This document shows, piece by piece, positions 1-9,543 of a stretch of DNA of 64,000 bases; the stretch's first letter is position 1, and each line of letters begins with the position of its first letter. Made by a program: the position numbers and the translations under genes. The DNA is taken from assembly GCA_963814375.1 (NCBI GenBank), contig CAWFCQ010000001.1, positions 1-64,000 on the forward strand. The letters are read 5' to 3'. The notes below the pieces were generated by a model, which saw only the letters and a program-made list of their open reading frames with translations, did not search any database and was not told the DNA's origin. The DNA comes from an uncultured Chloroflexia bacterium (GTDB lineage: Bacteria; Chloroflexota; Limnocylindria; QHBO01).

Positions 1-946
1 CGACGTTGCCGGTCTTGCGCTCCGACTCGACATAGCGGTTGGCCTCGACCACCTGGTCGAGCGGGTACGTCCTGTCGATGACCGGTCGGAAGGCTCCTGC
101 CTCCATCAGCTCCGCCAGGAAGACGACGTTGGGCTGCGAGAACGCCGGGACCCCGAACAGGACGCGCTGCCCCTTGGATCGGGCGGTGAGCGGCACCATC
201 GCGAAGTTCACGAGGCCGCCGGACGAGGCGAACGCGCCACGCGAGGTCATCGCGCGGCGCATGCGCATGAACGAGAGCTTCCCGACGGCGTCGAAGATCG
301 CGTCGTAGCGGCGGCCCGGCTGGGCCGGGTCGTTGGTGGTGTAGTCGAACGCCTCCCGGGCGCCGAGCGAGCGCACGAGGTCGAGGTTGCGAGCGCCGGC
401 AAAGGCGGTGACATCGGCGCCCAGGTGTCGGGCGAGCTGGACGGCCGCAGAGCCGATCGAGCCGGACGCGCCGTAGATCATGAGCCTTGTGCCGGCGCCC
501 ACCTCGGCCTTGCGGAGGAAGGGCAGGGCCGAGAGCGCGCCGTCACAGGCCGCAGCGGCCTCCTCGAACGAGACGTTCGCCGGTTTCGGCCCGACCGCGG
601 ACGTCTCCCGCGCAGTTAGGTACTCGGCCTGGGCGCCGAATCCCTCGCTCAGGTAGGCCCGGACGCCGAACACCTCGTCGCCGACCGCGAAGCGAGTCAC
701 ATCGGCGCCGACGGCCTCAACCGTGCCGGCGTACTCGTCGCCGAGGATCTTCGCCTTCGGGCGGCGTAATCCACTGAACGCGCGCTGGAAGAACGGGTGG
801 GCGCGACGCCAGTCGCAGTCGTTGCGGTTGACGGTCGCGGCGTGGACCCGGACCAGGATCTCGTCGGCGGCCGGGACCGGACGGTCGACCTCCTCGATGC
901 GCAGGACCTCCGGCGGTCCGTATCGGTCGAGGACGGCTGCGCGCAT
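1..946 (-). CDS. NAD(P)-dependent MDR-family (quinone oxidoreductase/alcohol dehydrogenase-like) oxidoreductase, 3' end outside window
   Basis: Manual translation from ATG at 946: MRAAVLDRYGPPEVLRIEE..., GASGSIG nucleotide-binding motif, ending ...RKTGNV at the window edge; paralog of 38425..39390 and 41268..42308; missing from the ORF track because the stop is outside the window. Confidence 0.85.
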   Translation of the reverse strand, partial: MRAAVLDRYGPPEVLRIEEVDRPVPAADEILVRVHAATVNRNDCDWRRAHPFFQRAFSGLRRPKAKILGDEYAGTVEAVGADVTRFAVGDEVFGVRAYLSEGFGAQAEYLTARETSAVGPKPANVSFEEAAAACDGALSALPFLRKAEVGAGTRLMIYGASGSIGSAAVQLARHLGADVTAFAGARNLDLVRSLGAREAFDYTTNDPAQPGRRYDAIFDAVGKLSFMRMRRAMTSRGAFASSGGLVNFAMVPLTARSKGQRVLFGVPAFSQPNVVFLAELMEAGAFRPVIDRTYPLDQVVEANRYVESERKTGNV

Positions 947-983
947 CAGGTAGGCATTGTCCCGCACGCGCTACTCTCGGGTC

Positions 984-1397
984 ATGACAGAAACGAGATG
1001 GCGGCCGGGTGATCCGGTCGACTGGGAACATCCTGGCGAGCTCTGGACCGGGGGAGGGCTCCACTCCTTCGTGCTCGAGACGATCGGTGCGCAGACCGGG
1101 TTGGTCCGACACGCCGTGCTCGGCTACCTCGAGGAGGGAGACAGTGGCTGGCTCGTCATCGGCTCCAAGGGCGGCGCACCGACAAACCCGGCATGGGTCG
1201 CCAACCTCGCCGCGAAGCCGGATGCGACCGTCGTCCTGGCCGATGGGGAACGCGTCCCGGTCCACGCCGCCCGGCTCGAGGGCGGGGAGTACGAACGGGC
1301 ATGGGATCGCATCGGCCAGGAGGCCCCGGAGTTTCCCGTCTACCGGTCGAAGACGACCCGCGAGATCCCGATCATTCGCCTCGCGCGACGAATCTAG
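984..1397 (+). CDS. Deazaflavin (F420)-dependent nitroreductase family protein (DDN-like)
   Basis: Motifs LETIGAQTG..R, SKGGAPTNPAWVANLAAKP, Y..KT.REIP; TACTCT -10 six nt before the ATG. Confidence 0.85.
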   Translation: MTETRWRPGDPVDWEHPGELWTGGGLHSFVLETIGAQTGLVRHAVLGYLEEGDSGWLVIGSKGGAPTNPAWVANLAAKPDATVVLADGERVPVHAARLEGGEYERAWDRIGQEAPEFPVYRSKTTREIPIIRLARRI

Positions 1398-1660
1398 GCC
1401 GGCTGGCGGATCGCGGCGCTGAGGCCGAAGAGCTGCGGGTCGGCCATGAGGGCGGCTGCGGTTCGCTCGCCGAGGGTGGCGAGGGCGGCGGTCAGCGCGG
1501 CTCGCGGCGTCCCCCCGATGCCGACTTCCGGCTCACCGCCGAACTCGGCTACCGCGAGCCACCGACCGTCGAGCTCACGGAGCCGGACGCCGACCTCGAT
1601 CCCCAGCTCCTGGGAGCCGAGGCGGGCGTTCACGCTGACGAGATGCGGCTGCTGATCCAT
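1394..1660 (-). CDS. Hypothetical protein (88 aa)
   Basis: MDQQPHLVSVNARLG... protein-like composition; stop overlaps the convergent DDN gene. Confidence 0.55.
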   Translation of the reverse strand: MDQQPHLVSVNARLGSQELGIEVGVRLRELDGRWLAVAEFGGEPEVGIGGTPRAALTAALATLGERTAAALMADPQLFGLSAAIRQPA

Positions 1661-1711
1661 GCCGGGATCGTGATCGACCGGACGTGACAGCTCATCGGTC
1701 GCAAGGGCTCT

Positions 1712-1741
1712 TTGACAGGCAAGTGGTGACTTGCCTATCAT
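1712..1741 (+). promoter_or_regulatory. Sigma70-type promoter with ArsR operator palindrome
   Basis: TTGACA 1712-1717, TATCAT 1736-1741; perfect inverted repeat AGGCAAGT-ggtg-ACTTGCCT (1717-1736) spans the spacer. Confidence 0.75.
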
Positions 1742-1748
1742 CGGGCGT

Positions 1749-2036
1749 ATGGGCGACGTGTTCAAAGCGCTCGCGGACCCGACCAGGCGGACGATCCTCG
1801 ACGAGCTGACCGACCGAGACGGACAGACCCTCTTCGAGATCTGCAGCCGCCTCGTGATGAAGCACGGCATCGGCGCATCCAGGCAGGCGGTCTCTCAGCA
1901 CCTGGACGTACTCGAGCAGGCCGGGCTCATCCGAACGAACCGATCCGGCCGCTACAAGTTCCACACGATCGACACGTCGCCGCTCCGCGAGATCGAGGAA
2001 CGCTGGCCGCAACGACCAGGAGAGCAGAACCGATGA
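1749..2036 (+). CDS. ArsR/SmtB family transcriptional regulator
   Basis: VFKALADPTRRTILDEL, SRQAVSQHLDVLEQAGLI. Confidence 0.9.
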   Translation: MGDVFKALADPTRRTILDELTDRDGQTLFEICSRLVMKHGIGASRQAVSQHLDVLEQAGLIRTNRSGRYKFHTIDTSPLREIEERWPQRPGEQNR

Positions 2037-2425
2037 GAATCAACGTCACCAGCGTGTTCGTCGACGACCAGGCGAAGGCGCTGGCCTTCTACAGCGACAA
2101 GCTCGGCTTCGTGAAGAAGACCGATCAGCCGGTCGGGGAATTCCGGTGGCTGACCGTTGTCTCGCCGGAGGCGCCGGACGGAGTCGAGCTTCTGCTCGAG
2201 CCGAACGATCATCCGGCGGCGCAGGCGTATCAGAAGGCGATCGTCGCCGACGGGATCCCGGCCACCTCGTTTGCCGTGGACGACGTACAGGCCGAGTGCG
2301 ATCGACTGGAGGCCGAGGGCGTCAACATCGTGCAGCCTCCGACGGAGATGGGACCCGTGACGACCGCCATCTTCGACGACACCTGCGGGAACCTGATCCA
2401 GATAGCCTCGCCGCCAACTGGCTGA
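2033..2425 (+). CDS. VOC/glyoxalase family protein
   Basis: VFVDDQAKALAFY..KLGF, FDDTCGNLIQI; ATGA overlap with the ArsR gene. Confidence 0.9.
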   Translation: MRINVTSVFVDDQAKALAFYSDKLGFVKKTDQPVGEFRWLTVVSPEAPDGVELLLEPNDHPAAQAYQKAIVADGIPATSFAVDDVQAECDRLEAEGVNIVQPPTEMGPVTTAIFDDTCGNLIQIASPPTG

Positions 2426-2427
2426 GG

Positions 2428-3558
2428 CTAGGCGAGCGCGGAGTCGACGGTTTCCCGACCGCTCGACGAGCGGATCTCCGCGGCCTGGCGCGCCATCTCG
2501 TCGGCGAGGTACTCCGCGTCCCGGCCGACGCCGCCCAACAGCGCCGAGCCACCGCGGTACATGAAGGGCAGGCCGATGAAGAACAGCCCGGGCACATCGG
2601 TCACGGCGCCGCGGGTCTGCCGCGGCCAGCCGTCGTGACCGGTCACCGGGAAGTGGATCCATCGGTGATCCGGGCTGAAGCCAGTAGCCCAGACGACGTT
2701 GGCAGCCTCGATGACCTGCCCGTCGTCCAATAGCGGCATCCCGTCCCTGGCACCGACTACTCGCGCCACGATCCGCTCGACGCCCGCGTCTCGAAGGTCC
2801 GACGGACGGACGCGGTCGAGTGGCAGTCCGTGATTGCGGATGCCGGGCGCCGCCTTGCGGCCGATCGGATTGTCGAGCGTGGCGATGTGGTTGACGAAGA
2901 ACCAGAACACCGTGTCGAACGGGCGCGCCAGCCGATCCTCCGGCCGGAACGGCATCTTGCCGACGTCGCGGCCGACCAGGATCGCTCGGTGCTCCCCCGC
3001 TGCCATCAGGGCGATCTCTGCACCGGAGTTGCTGGCTCCCACGACGAGAACGGCTCCGTCGCGGAGCTGCGAGGTGCTCCGGAACTGGCTCGAGTGCAGC
3101 TGCGTGATGCCCGGATCGAGCTCGGCGGCGAAGTCCGGAACGCGCGGCCGATCGTAGGCTCCGGTGGCGATCACGACCTGTTCGGCCGCGTAGTCACCGT
3201 CGTCGGTTGTGATCCGAAAGCCGCGGCCATCATCGGCCGGCCAGACGTCGGTGACGCGCACGCCCGTCCGGACGGGGAGCTCGAACGTGGTCGCGTACTC
3301 CTCGAGGTAGTCGGCCACCTCGTCCTTCGTCGGGAACCCGTGAGGATCGCCGGGAAACGGCATCCCCGGCAGGCTGTTGAAGCGGCCGGGCGTGAAGAGG
3401 CGCAACCCCTCCCACCGGGTCCGCCACGCATCTCCCACCCTCTCGTGGGCATCCAGGATCGCGAAGCTTCGCTGCTGCCTGGCGAGGTGGTACCCGACCC
3501 CCAGGCCCGCCTGTCCACCGCCGATGACCACCACGTCCAGGTTCCGAGTGTTTCCCAT
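2428..3558 (-). CDS. Flavin-containing monooxygenase-like NAD(P)/FAD oxidoreductase (CzcO/ArsO-like)
   Basis: VVIGGGQAGL FAD motif, GDAWRTRW..LRLFTP, QLHSSQF, VVGASNSG NADPH motif, ATGF. Confidence 0.85.
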   Translation of the reverse strand: MGNTRNLDVVVIGGGQAGLGVGYHLARQQRSFAILDAHERVGDAWRTRWEGLRLFTPGRFNSLPGMPFPGDPHGFPTKDEVADYLEEYATTFELPVRTGVRVTDVWPADDGRGFRITTDDGDYAAEQVVIATGAYDRPRVPDFAAELDPGITQLHSSQFRSTSQLRDGAVLVVGASNSGAEIALMAAGEHRAILVGRDVGKMPFRPEDRLARPFDTVFWFFVNHIATLDNPIGRKAAPGIRNHGLPLDRVRPSDLRDAGVERIVARVVGARDGMPLLDDGQVIEAANVVWATGFSPDHRWIHFPVTGHDGWPRQTRGAVTDVPGLFFIGLPFMYRGGSALLGGVGRDAEYLADEMARQAAEIRSSSGRETVDSALA

Positions 3559-3666
3559 CGAGGTCCAGCCTCCGCTGCTTATTGCTGCCGGCCACGACGA
3601 TCGCGTGGCGGGCGCAGCGGTCGCATCGGCCGAACCATCCATTTCGGCCGCTGGGCGGCGTGGGTA

Positions 3667-5331
3667 TTACTGCGCAGGCGGTGTGACGAGGCCGTGCTCG
3701 TAGGCCCAGGCGGTCGCCGCGGCTCGGGACGACACACCGAGCTTGTCGAAGATGTTGCTCACGTGGCGCCCGACCGTGCGGTCGCTGATGACGAGCTCGT
3801 CGGCAATGACGCGGTTCGTCTTGCCGGCGGCGACGAGCCGCAGCACCTGGACCTCGCGAGCGGTGAGGCCGCCGGCCGAGGGTGCGGCCGGCGCGCCGCG
3901 CAGAGATTCCGCCCGCTCGAGGTCGGGGACAGCACCGAGCCCTCGGAAGGTTTCGGCCGCGGCGTCCAGCTCCAGCGCGGCCGCATCGGTGTCGTCCAGC
4001 GCTCGGCACGCAAGCCCGACGAGGACCCTGGTCCTGGCCGCCTCGTACGGCGCGCCCAGCGCCTGCCAGGCGGTCAAGGACGGTCGCAGGGCGGCCAGGG
4101 CGGCGCGTGGATCGCCTTCAGCGAGCAGGACGGCGCCGTTCGCGCGATCCGCCATGGCCGTCAGCAGAGGCGCGCCGATGTCGCCGGCGACCTGCACCAT
4201 CTCGTCCGCGGCCAGCCTGGCCGCCGATGTCGACCCGTTGGCCAGCATGACTTCGACCAGCGGCTCCAGGAGGCGGGCGCGCGCGAAGATGCCGGTGGCT
4301 TCGTCGGTGGCGCGACCCAGGGTGGCCGCGGCGACGTCGGACTGGCCCTGCGCCAGTCGAAGGAGCCCGATCCCCGGCTCCGGCGCACGGCCCAGGCGGC
4401 TGGCACGACGGTATGCCGCCTCGGCATCGGCGAACTCTCCGCGTAGCCGATGGAGCTCGGCCGCCTGGTACATCGCCTCACCCAGAGAGTAATCGGCCCC
4501 CGGCTGCGCAAGCCGCTCGCTCGCTTCGCGGGCTTCGGCGGCAGCGCCCTCCCACTCGCCGTGGAACTGCCGCAGCTCGGCGCGGTTCAGGAGGCACTGT
4601 CCGCGGAAGTGCACGAGCTGCGGCTGGGACTCGCACCAGCGATCGAGCGCCGAGGTCCACTCCTGCGCCCGGCGCAGATCGAAGACCTGGTGGCACGACG
4701 CGATGACCGAGCAGTACGTGATGCCCACGATCACCGGCGACACCTCGCCCGAGGTGGCTTCGACCATCGCCTCGTCCATCAGCCCAATGCCGCGCTCGAC
4801 CTGGCCCAGCGCGATGCATGCCTCGCCCACGCCGACCTGCGCCAGGACGACCAGGTCCGGATCGGCGTACCTCGTGCCGATCTCGACGGCTCGCTCGTAC
4901 GTGCTAAAGGCCGCCTCCGGGTCGCCAGTGGCGAGGCTCTGCACCGCTTTTGCCACCAGCAGGTACCCCGACTCCACCCGTTCGCCGCCTTCGTCGACGA
5001 GGCGCTGCGCCCGTGCCAGCCAGCCGGCAGCCGGCGCCATCTCGCCCCGGCCGAGATGCTCGACGGCCACCCAGAAGGCGCTGCGCACTGCCCGCCCGAC
5101 GTCCTTCGCACGGATCGACTCCCGGTACGCGCGGCGTGAGATCTCGGTGCTCTGCGCGTACTCGCCGACCAGGTAGGTCGCGATGCCGAGGCGCTCGAGG
5201 TCCTCGAGCGGGAGCGGCGCCTCGCGATCAGCTGCTGAGAGCAGGTCTCGGGCATCCGCCCACGCCTGTCGGTCGAACGACTCCCTGCCGCGCTCCAGGC
5301 TGGTCGACTGCGCAGTCGCGCGCTGAGGCAT
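3667..5331 (-). CDS. LuxR-family regulator (TPR-like helical region + C-terminal HTH)
   Basis: C-terminal LTAREVQVLRLVAAGKTNRVIADELVISDRTVGRHVSNIFDKLG; no Walker A motif. Confidence 0.9.
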   Translation of the reverse strand: MPQRATAQSTSLERGRESFDRQAWADARDLLSAADREAPLPLEDLERLGIATYLVGEYAQSTEISRRAYRESIRAKDVGRAVRSAFWVAVEHLGRGEMAPAAGWLARAQRLVDEGGERVESGYLLVAKAVQSLATGDPEAAFSTYERAVEIGTRYADPDLVVLAQVGVGEACIALGQVERGIGLMDEAMVEATSGEVSPVIVGITYCSVIASCHQVFDLRRAQEWTSALDRWCESQPQLVHFRGQCLLNRAELRQFHGEWEGAAAEAREASERLAQPGADYSLGEAMYQAAELHRLRGEFADAEAAYRRASRLGRAPEPGIGLLRLAQGQSDVAAATLGRATDEATGIFARARLLEPLVEVMLANGSTSAARLAADEMVQVAGDIGAPLLTAMADRANGAVLLAEGDPRAALAALRPSLTAWQALGAPYEAARTRVLVGLACRALDDTDAAALELDAAAETFRGLGAVPDLERAESLRGAPAAPSAGGLTAREVQVLRLVAAGKTNRVIADELVISDRTVGRHVSNIFDKLGVSSRAAATAWAYEHGLVTPPAQ

Positions 5332-5334
5332 CGA

Positions 5335-5772
5335 TTACGGCGCTTCTCGGTATGGCGCTCGCCAGTCGGGCGGTTCGAATTCAGGCGCGAAGTACGAACG
5401 GGAACGTGCGACTTTGCCATCGCGCAGCTCGTAGAGCATCAGCGCGTACCAGCGGCTCCCGTCGGGGTAAAGCACGCGATTGATCGCGGTCCCACGGTCG
5501 CCACTTCCATCGACGGCCACGAGGGTGTACGTCGGCGTCAACGCGTACGTCGTGCCGCCGATGACCTCTTCCACCTGGGTCGTGCCCGGTCCGAGCTTGG
5601 GGTAATTCTCGAATTGGGCACGGACGTTGTGGAGGCCGCGAAAACGTTCGCCCGACTGCGGGTATTCCAGGATGACGTCCTCGCTGATGTAGTCACCCAG
5701 GCGATCCCATTCGTGCTTGGAGACAACGTCCGCAAATCCGCCAATGACCAGCTGGTGATCGGCGTCCGTCAC
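5335..5772 (-). CDS. SnoaL/NTF2-like protein
   Basis: EDVILEYPQSGERFRG, ELRDGKVARSRSYF. Confidence 0.8.
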   Translation of the reverse strand: MTDADHQLVIGGFADVVSKHEWDRLGDYISEDVILEYPQSGERFRGLHNVRAQFENYPKLGPGTTQVEEVIGGTTYALTPTYTLVAVDGSGDRGTAINRVLYPDGSRWYALMLYELRDGKVARSRSYFAPEFEPPDWRAPYREAP

Positions 5773-6269
5773 GGCTTCGTCCTCGCGACCGGCGTGGCCT
5801 GGATCGCCGAGCCTTCATCCTGTGCACTCGTGCTCGAGGGCGCGAGCCTCAGCGGTCGTGAAGCCCGGGCGCGCAGTGTCGCAAGGGCCCGCTCGTGCGC
5901 ATTGATCATGGCCGTCAGGGCACCGCGCCGCACGGCGTCGGGGAGGTCATCGCGCGATGCGAGCTGTCGGTAGCCGGCGTGGGCCATGTACGCGTCGACC
6001 ACCACCTTCAGGTCGGTCGCCGACAGGAGCGTCGCAAGCTCCGGCAGGAGGCGTTCGAACGATGACCGATCCAGGTCGGAGAACAGTCCATGGTCGCGCG
6101 CCACTGAAATCGTCGCCAGGTTGACGTCAAGCTCGAAATACACCGCCTTGGCCGCATTCCGTGCCTGACGATGGAATTGGCGCCGCTGGATGTAAAGCCC
6201 GACGAGCAGCCAGCCCATCACGCCGACGAAGGCGCCGATGATCGCCGGGACGAGCGTGGTCCAGTCCAT
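5769..6269 (-). CDS. Hypothetical membrane-anchored protein
   Basis: N-terminal hydrophobic helix MDWTTLVPAIIGAFVGVMGWLLVGLYI; coupled to the SnoaL gene. Confidence 0.65.
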   Translation of the reverse strand: MDWTTLVPAIIGAFVGVMGWLLVGLYIQRRQFHRQARNAAKAVYFELDVNLATISVARDHGLFSDLDRSSFERLLPELATLLSATDLKVVVDAYMAHAGYRQLASRDDLPDAVRRGALTAMINAHERALATLRARASRPLRLAPSSTSAQDEGSAIQATPVARTKP

Positions 6270-6351
6270 CCTTGATGAAGAATGGCTCGCCGATGAGCCG
6301 AACGCAACGCTCCTCGCCCGCCCGGCCTCGCGGCGTACCATCCGATGGCTG

Positions 6352-6783
6352 ATGTCCGAGCATCGAGTCTCCATTTTCATCGCCGCGTCGCCAGACCGGG
6401 TGTTCTCGGTGTGGATGGATCTCGACCGCATGAAGGAGTGGGTCGGCGGCGTGACACGAGTGACCGACGTCACCGGCCCCGTCGACCGGCCGGGGACGCG
6501 CTACACCGTGTGGTTCGGGCCGATGAAGAGCCCGACCGAGATCATCGAGGTGGAGCGCCCTCGCCACGTCAAGACGAGATTCGGGAACGTGATCCTCAAG
6601 GGCGAATCGGAGGTGTGGCTGGAGCCGGAGGGAGAGGGCACGCGCCTCAGCCAGATCTTCCGGACGCGGGGCATCGTGTCGGCGATCACCGGTCGGTTGT
6701 TCGCCGCCGGCTCGTACAAAGGCAGCTTCCAGGGTGAGCTCGAGGAGTTCCGCAGGATCGTGGAGCGCAAGACGAGCCACTGA
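6352..6783 (+). CDS. SRPBCC (polyketide cyclase/START) family protein
   Basis: SIFIAASPDRVFSVWMDLDRMKEW, LEPEGEGTRL. Confidence 0.8.
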   Translation: MSEHRVSIFIAASPDRVFSVWMDLDRMKEWVGGVTRVTDVTGPVDRPGTRYTVWFGPMKSPTEIIEVERPRHVKTRFGNVILKGESEVWLEPEGEGTRLSQIFRTRGIVSAITGRLFAAGSYKGSFQGELEEFRRIVERKTSH

Positions 6784-6879
6784 CGCCGAGGAAGACGGAG
6801 GATTGCGCGAACCGTCAGCCGTTATATCAAAAGTGATATGGGCGCTGACAGCGCGCGAGCAGGTGTCGCAAGGAGACCC

Positions 6880-7518
6880 TCAGGCGCGGTGCGGCACGAG
6901 CAGTCCGCGCTCGTAGGCCGTGGCCACCGCAGCGGCACGGTCATTCACCCCGAGCTTGGCGTAGATGTGCAGAAGGTGCGTCTTGACGGTCGCCTCTGAG
7001 ATGAAGAGCTGCGCCGCAGCCCCGCGGTTCGTCTCGCCCTGCGAGATCAGCGTCAGGACCTCGAGCTCCCGGTCGCTGAGGGCGTCGGGCGTGGGGGCAC
7101 GGAGCTGGCCCACGAGCCGCGTCGCGACCGACGGCGCCAGCACCGACTCCCCACGGGCCGCGGCCTGGATGGCACGGACGAGCTCATCTCGCGGAGCGTC
7201 CTTGAGCAGGTAGCCGGTCGCGCCGGCCTCGAGCGCCGGGACGACGTCGGAATCGGTGTCGTAGGTCGTGAGGACGAGCACCTTGGCCTCGGAGCCTCGA
7301 TCGGCCATGGCCTTGATCGCGGCCGCGCCGCCGAGGCGGGGCATCCGCAGGTCCATGAGGACGACATCGGGCCGGAGCGACTCGACGATGGCGACCGCCT
7401 CCGCGCCATCCGACGCCTCGCCAACGACGTCGAGATCGGGATCGCCGGCAAGCATGCCGCGGATGCCGTCGCGGACGACGGGATGGTCGTCGACGATCAC
7501 GAGCCGGATCGGGCTCAT
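6880..7518 (-). CDS. NarL/LuxR family response regulator
   Basis: IVDDHPVVR, DVVLMDLRMP receiver domain, LSDRELEVL...TVKTH HTH. Confidence 0.95.
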   Translation of the reverse strand: MSPIRLVIVDDHPVVRDGIRGMLAGDPDLDVVGEASDGAEAVAIVESLRPDVVLMDLRMPRLGGAAAIKAMADRGSEAKVLVLTTYDTDSDVVPALEAGATGYLLKDAPRDELVRAIQAAARGESVLAPSVATRLVGQLRAPTPDALSDRELEVLTLISQGETNRGAAAQLFISEATVKTHLLHIYAKLGVNDRAAAVATAYERGLLVPHRA

Positions 7519-8783
7519 GAAGTCGGAGCCACCGAGGATCCGGCGGCGATCGCGGGCACACGAGCCGAGAGCGCCGTGCCGCCCCCGGGCTCAGACTCGA
7601 TCGCGAGCGATCCCGCGACGCGCGCGATCCGCTGGCGCATGCCACTGAGGCCGAAGCCGGATGAGCCGGCGGCATCGGGCTCTGGCACGGCGAAGCCGAC
7701 ACCATCGTCACGGACGTCGAGGGTGACGACGTCGCCGATGAACGACAGCGTCAGCCCGGCGCGGGTCGCGCCGGCGTGTCGAGCGACATTCGCAAGCGCC
7801 TCCTGCGCGACGCGCAGGAGCGCGACCTCGATCTCCGGGTGGAGCGCGATGACGCTGCCGGTGACGGTCACCTCGGCAGGGATCGCGTTGAGCTTCGACC
7901 ATTCGCGGGCGACATCGGCGAGCGCATCGGGCAGGGTTCCCGCCTCGAGCGCCGCGGGCATCGACGCCTCGACACTGCGGCGCGCCTCGACCAGGCTCTC
8001 TCGCGCAAGGCGCTCCGCGTTCTCCAGATGCCGACCCCGGTCCGTGGGTCGGTCGTGTGCCTGCTCGGCCGCCTCGAGCTGGGTCACGATCCCGATGAGG
8101 CCCTGGGCGATCGTGTCGTGGATCTCGCGAGCCATGCGGGCCCGCTCGTCGAGGATGCCGGCCTCCCGAGCCTGGGTCAGCAGCTGGGCGTGGAGCCCGG
8201 CGTTCTCCACCATCGCGGCCTCGAGCTTGGACAGCGCCTGGCGGCGCTCCTCGTTCTGCTCGGTGACCTTCTCTCCGACGATCGAGCCCGCACCGATGAC
8301 GAGCGTCTGGATCGCGATGATCACGACGTAGAACGTCCACGCCTCCGCGCTCTGCGGGAACCCGGCGATGAGCGTGTTCACCAGGAACGACGTCGCGAAG
8401 ACGCCGACGAAGGCGAGCGGCAGCGGCCGGAGGATCGAGGCGTAGAAGAAGCCGCTGATCATGAAGATGAAGAAGATCGGCGACTGGAGCATGAGGAGCG
8501 AGGCGAGGACGAGCACGCCGACGAAGAAGACGCCCATCCTGAGCCGATGCGCCTGCCGCGGCGGCGGCAGGCGGGTGAACATCACGTAGATCCATCCCGC
8601 CGCCACCGCCGCGATCGCCAGGGTCGTCGCCAGCCATGCCGGGTCGTCGGTGCCCGCGACGACGGCGAAGACGGTGGGCGGCACGAGCAGGGCGTACCCG
8701 CACCAGCCGACCATCGCGTCGCCGAACCGCTCCCAGGCCGGCTTCGCCCGGTCATTCATCGGCGCACTCATGGGCGCGTTCAT
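7515..8783 (-). CDS. Membrane sensor histidine kinase (HisKA_3)
   Basis: Several TM helices, ERARMAREIHDTIAQG, QEALANVARH, DDGVGF, GFGLSGM. Confidence 0.95.
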   Translation of the reverse strand: MNAPMSAPMNDRAKPAWERFGDAMVGWCGYALLVPPTVFAVVAGTDDPAWLATTLAIAAVAAGWIYVMFTRLPPPRQAHRLRMGVFFVGVLVLASLLMLQSPIFFIFMISGFFYASILRPLPLAFVGVFATSFLVNTLIAGFPQSAEAWTFYVVIIAIQTLVIGAGSIVGEKVTEQNEERRQALSKLEAAMVENAGLHAQLLTQAREAGILDERARMAREIHDTIAQGLIGIVTQLEAAEQAHDRPTDRGRHLENAERLARESLVEARRSVEASMPAALEAGTLPDALADVAREWSKLNAIPAEVTVTGSVIALHPEIEVALLRVAQEALANVARHAGATRAGLTLSFIGDVVTLDVRDDGVGFAVPEPDAAGSSGFGLSGMRQRIARVAGSLAIESEPGGGTALSARVPAIAAGSSVAPTS

Positions 8784-8808
8784 GGCCGAACGCTACTCCA
8801 TCGGTCCC

Positions 8809-9543
8809 TTATTCCCACCGGAAGGTCCGGCTGGCGAGCGCCCCGGCGACGAGCGTGATGCCGGCCAGGACGGCGAGCGGGAGCAGCTCCGGCGCCGCGC
8901 CCAGCCACGCGTCCTGGAGGCCCTGGACGCCCGGCGGCGTGAAGTCGCCGATCGTGACGAGCACCTCCGGCATCAGGTACCGAGGCAGGTACACGCCGCC
9001 GAGGAGCATGACCATGAAGAACAGCGGCACCGCGATCGCCGTGGCGACGCCGGCCGACGGGGCAACGGCAGCCAGGAGCAGCCCGATCGCCAGCAGCCCC
9101 GCCATCCCCAGGCCGAAGGCCGCGACGTAGCCGATCGGGTTTGCCGGCAGCGGGATGTCGAACGCGACGCGGCCGACGATGACCAGCAGGACGAGGCCGA
9201 GGATCGCAGTCGCGGTGTAGATCACGAGCTGGGCGATCAGCAGGCTGCTCGGCCGCGCCGGCGTGGTCGAGAAGCGCCGCAGGATGCCCTTCTCGCGGTA
9301 CGTGGCGAGGCGGATCGGCAGCGTCTGGATCGCGAGCGTGGCCGTGGTGATGACGACCAGCGACGGGGCGAACGTGTCGATCCAGCGCAGGCCACCGAGG
9401 GTGGGATCCGGTCGGTGTGGCGCGAAGATGAAGCCGAAGATCAGCAGGATCACCGATGGGAGGGCGATCGCCGCGAGCCAGCTGATCGGGTCGCGGAACA
9501 GCAGCTTCGCCTCGGTGACGATGAGGGCGCGGATCTCGTTCAT
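8809..9543 (-). CDS. ABC-2 type exporter permease
   Basis: About 6 TM helices, YREKGILRRFSTTP motif. Confidence 0.9.
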   Translation of the reverse strand: MNEIRALIVTEAKLLFRDPISWLAAIALPSVILLIFGFIFAPHRPDPTLGGLRWIDTFAPSLVVITTATLAIQTLPIRLATYREKGILRRFSTTPARPSSLLIAQLVIYTATAILGLVLLVIVGRVAFDIPLPANPIGYVAAFGLGMAGLLAIGLLLAAVAPSAGVATAIAVPLFFMVMLLGGVYLPRYLMPEVLVTIGDFTPPGVQGLQDAWLGAAPELLPLAVLAGITLVAGALASRTFRWE

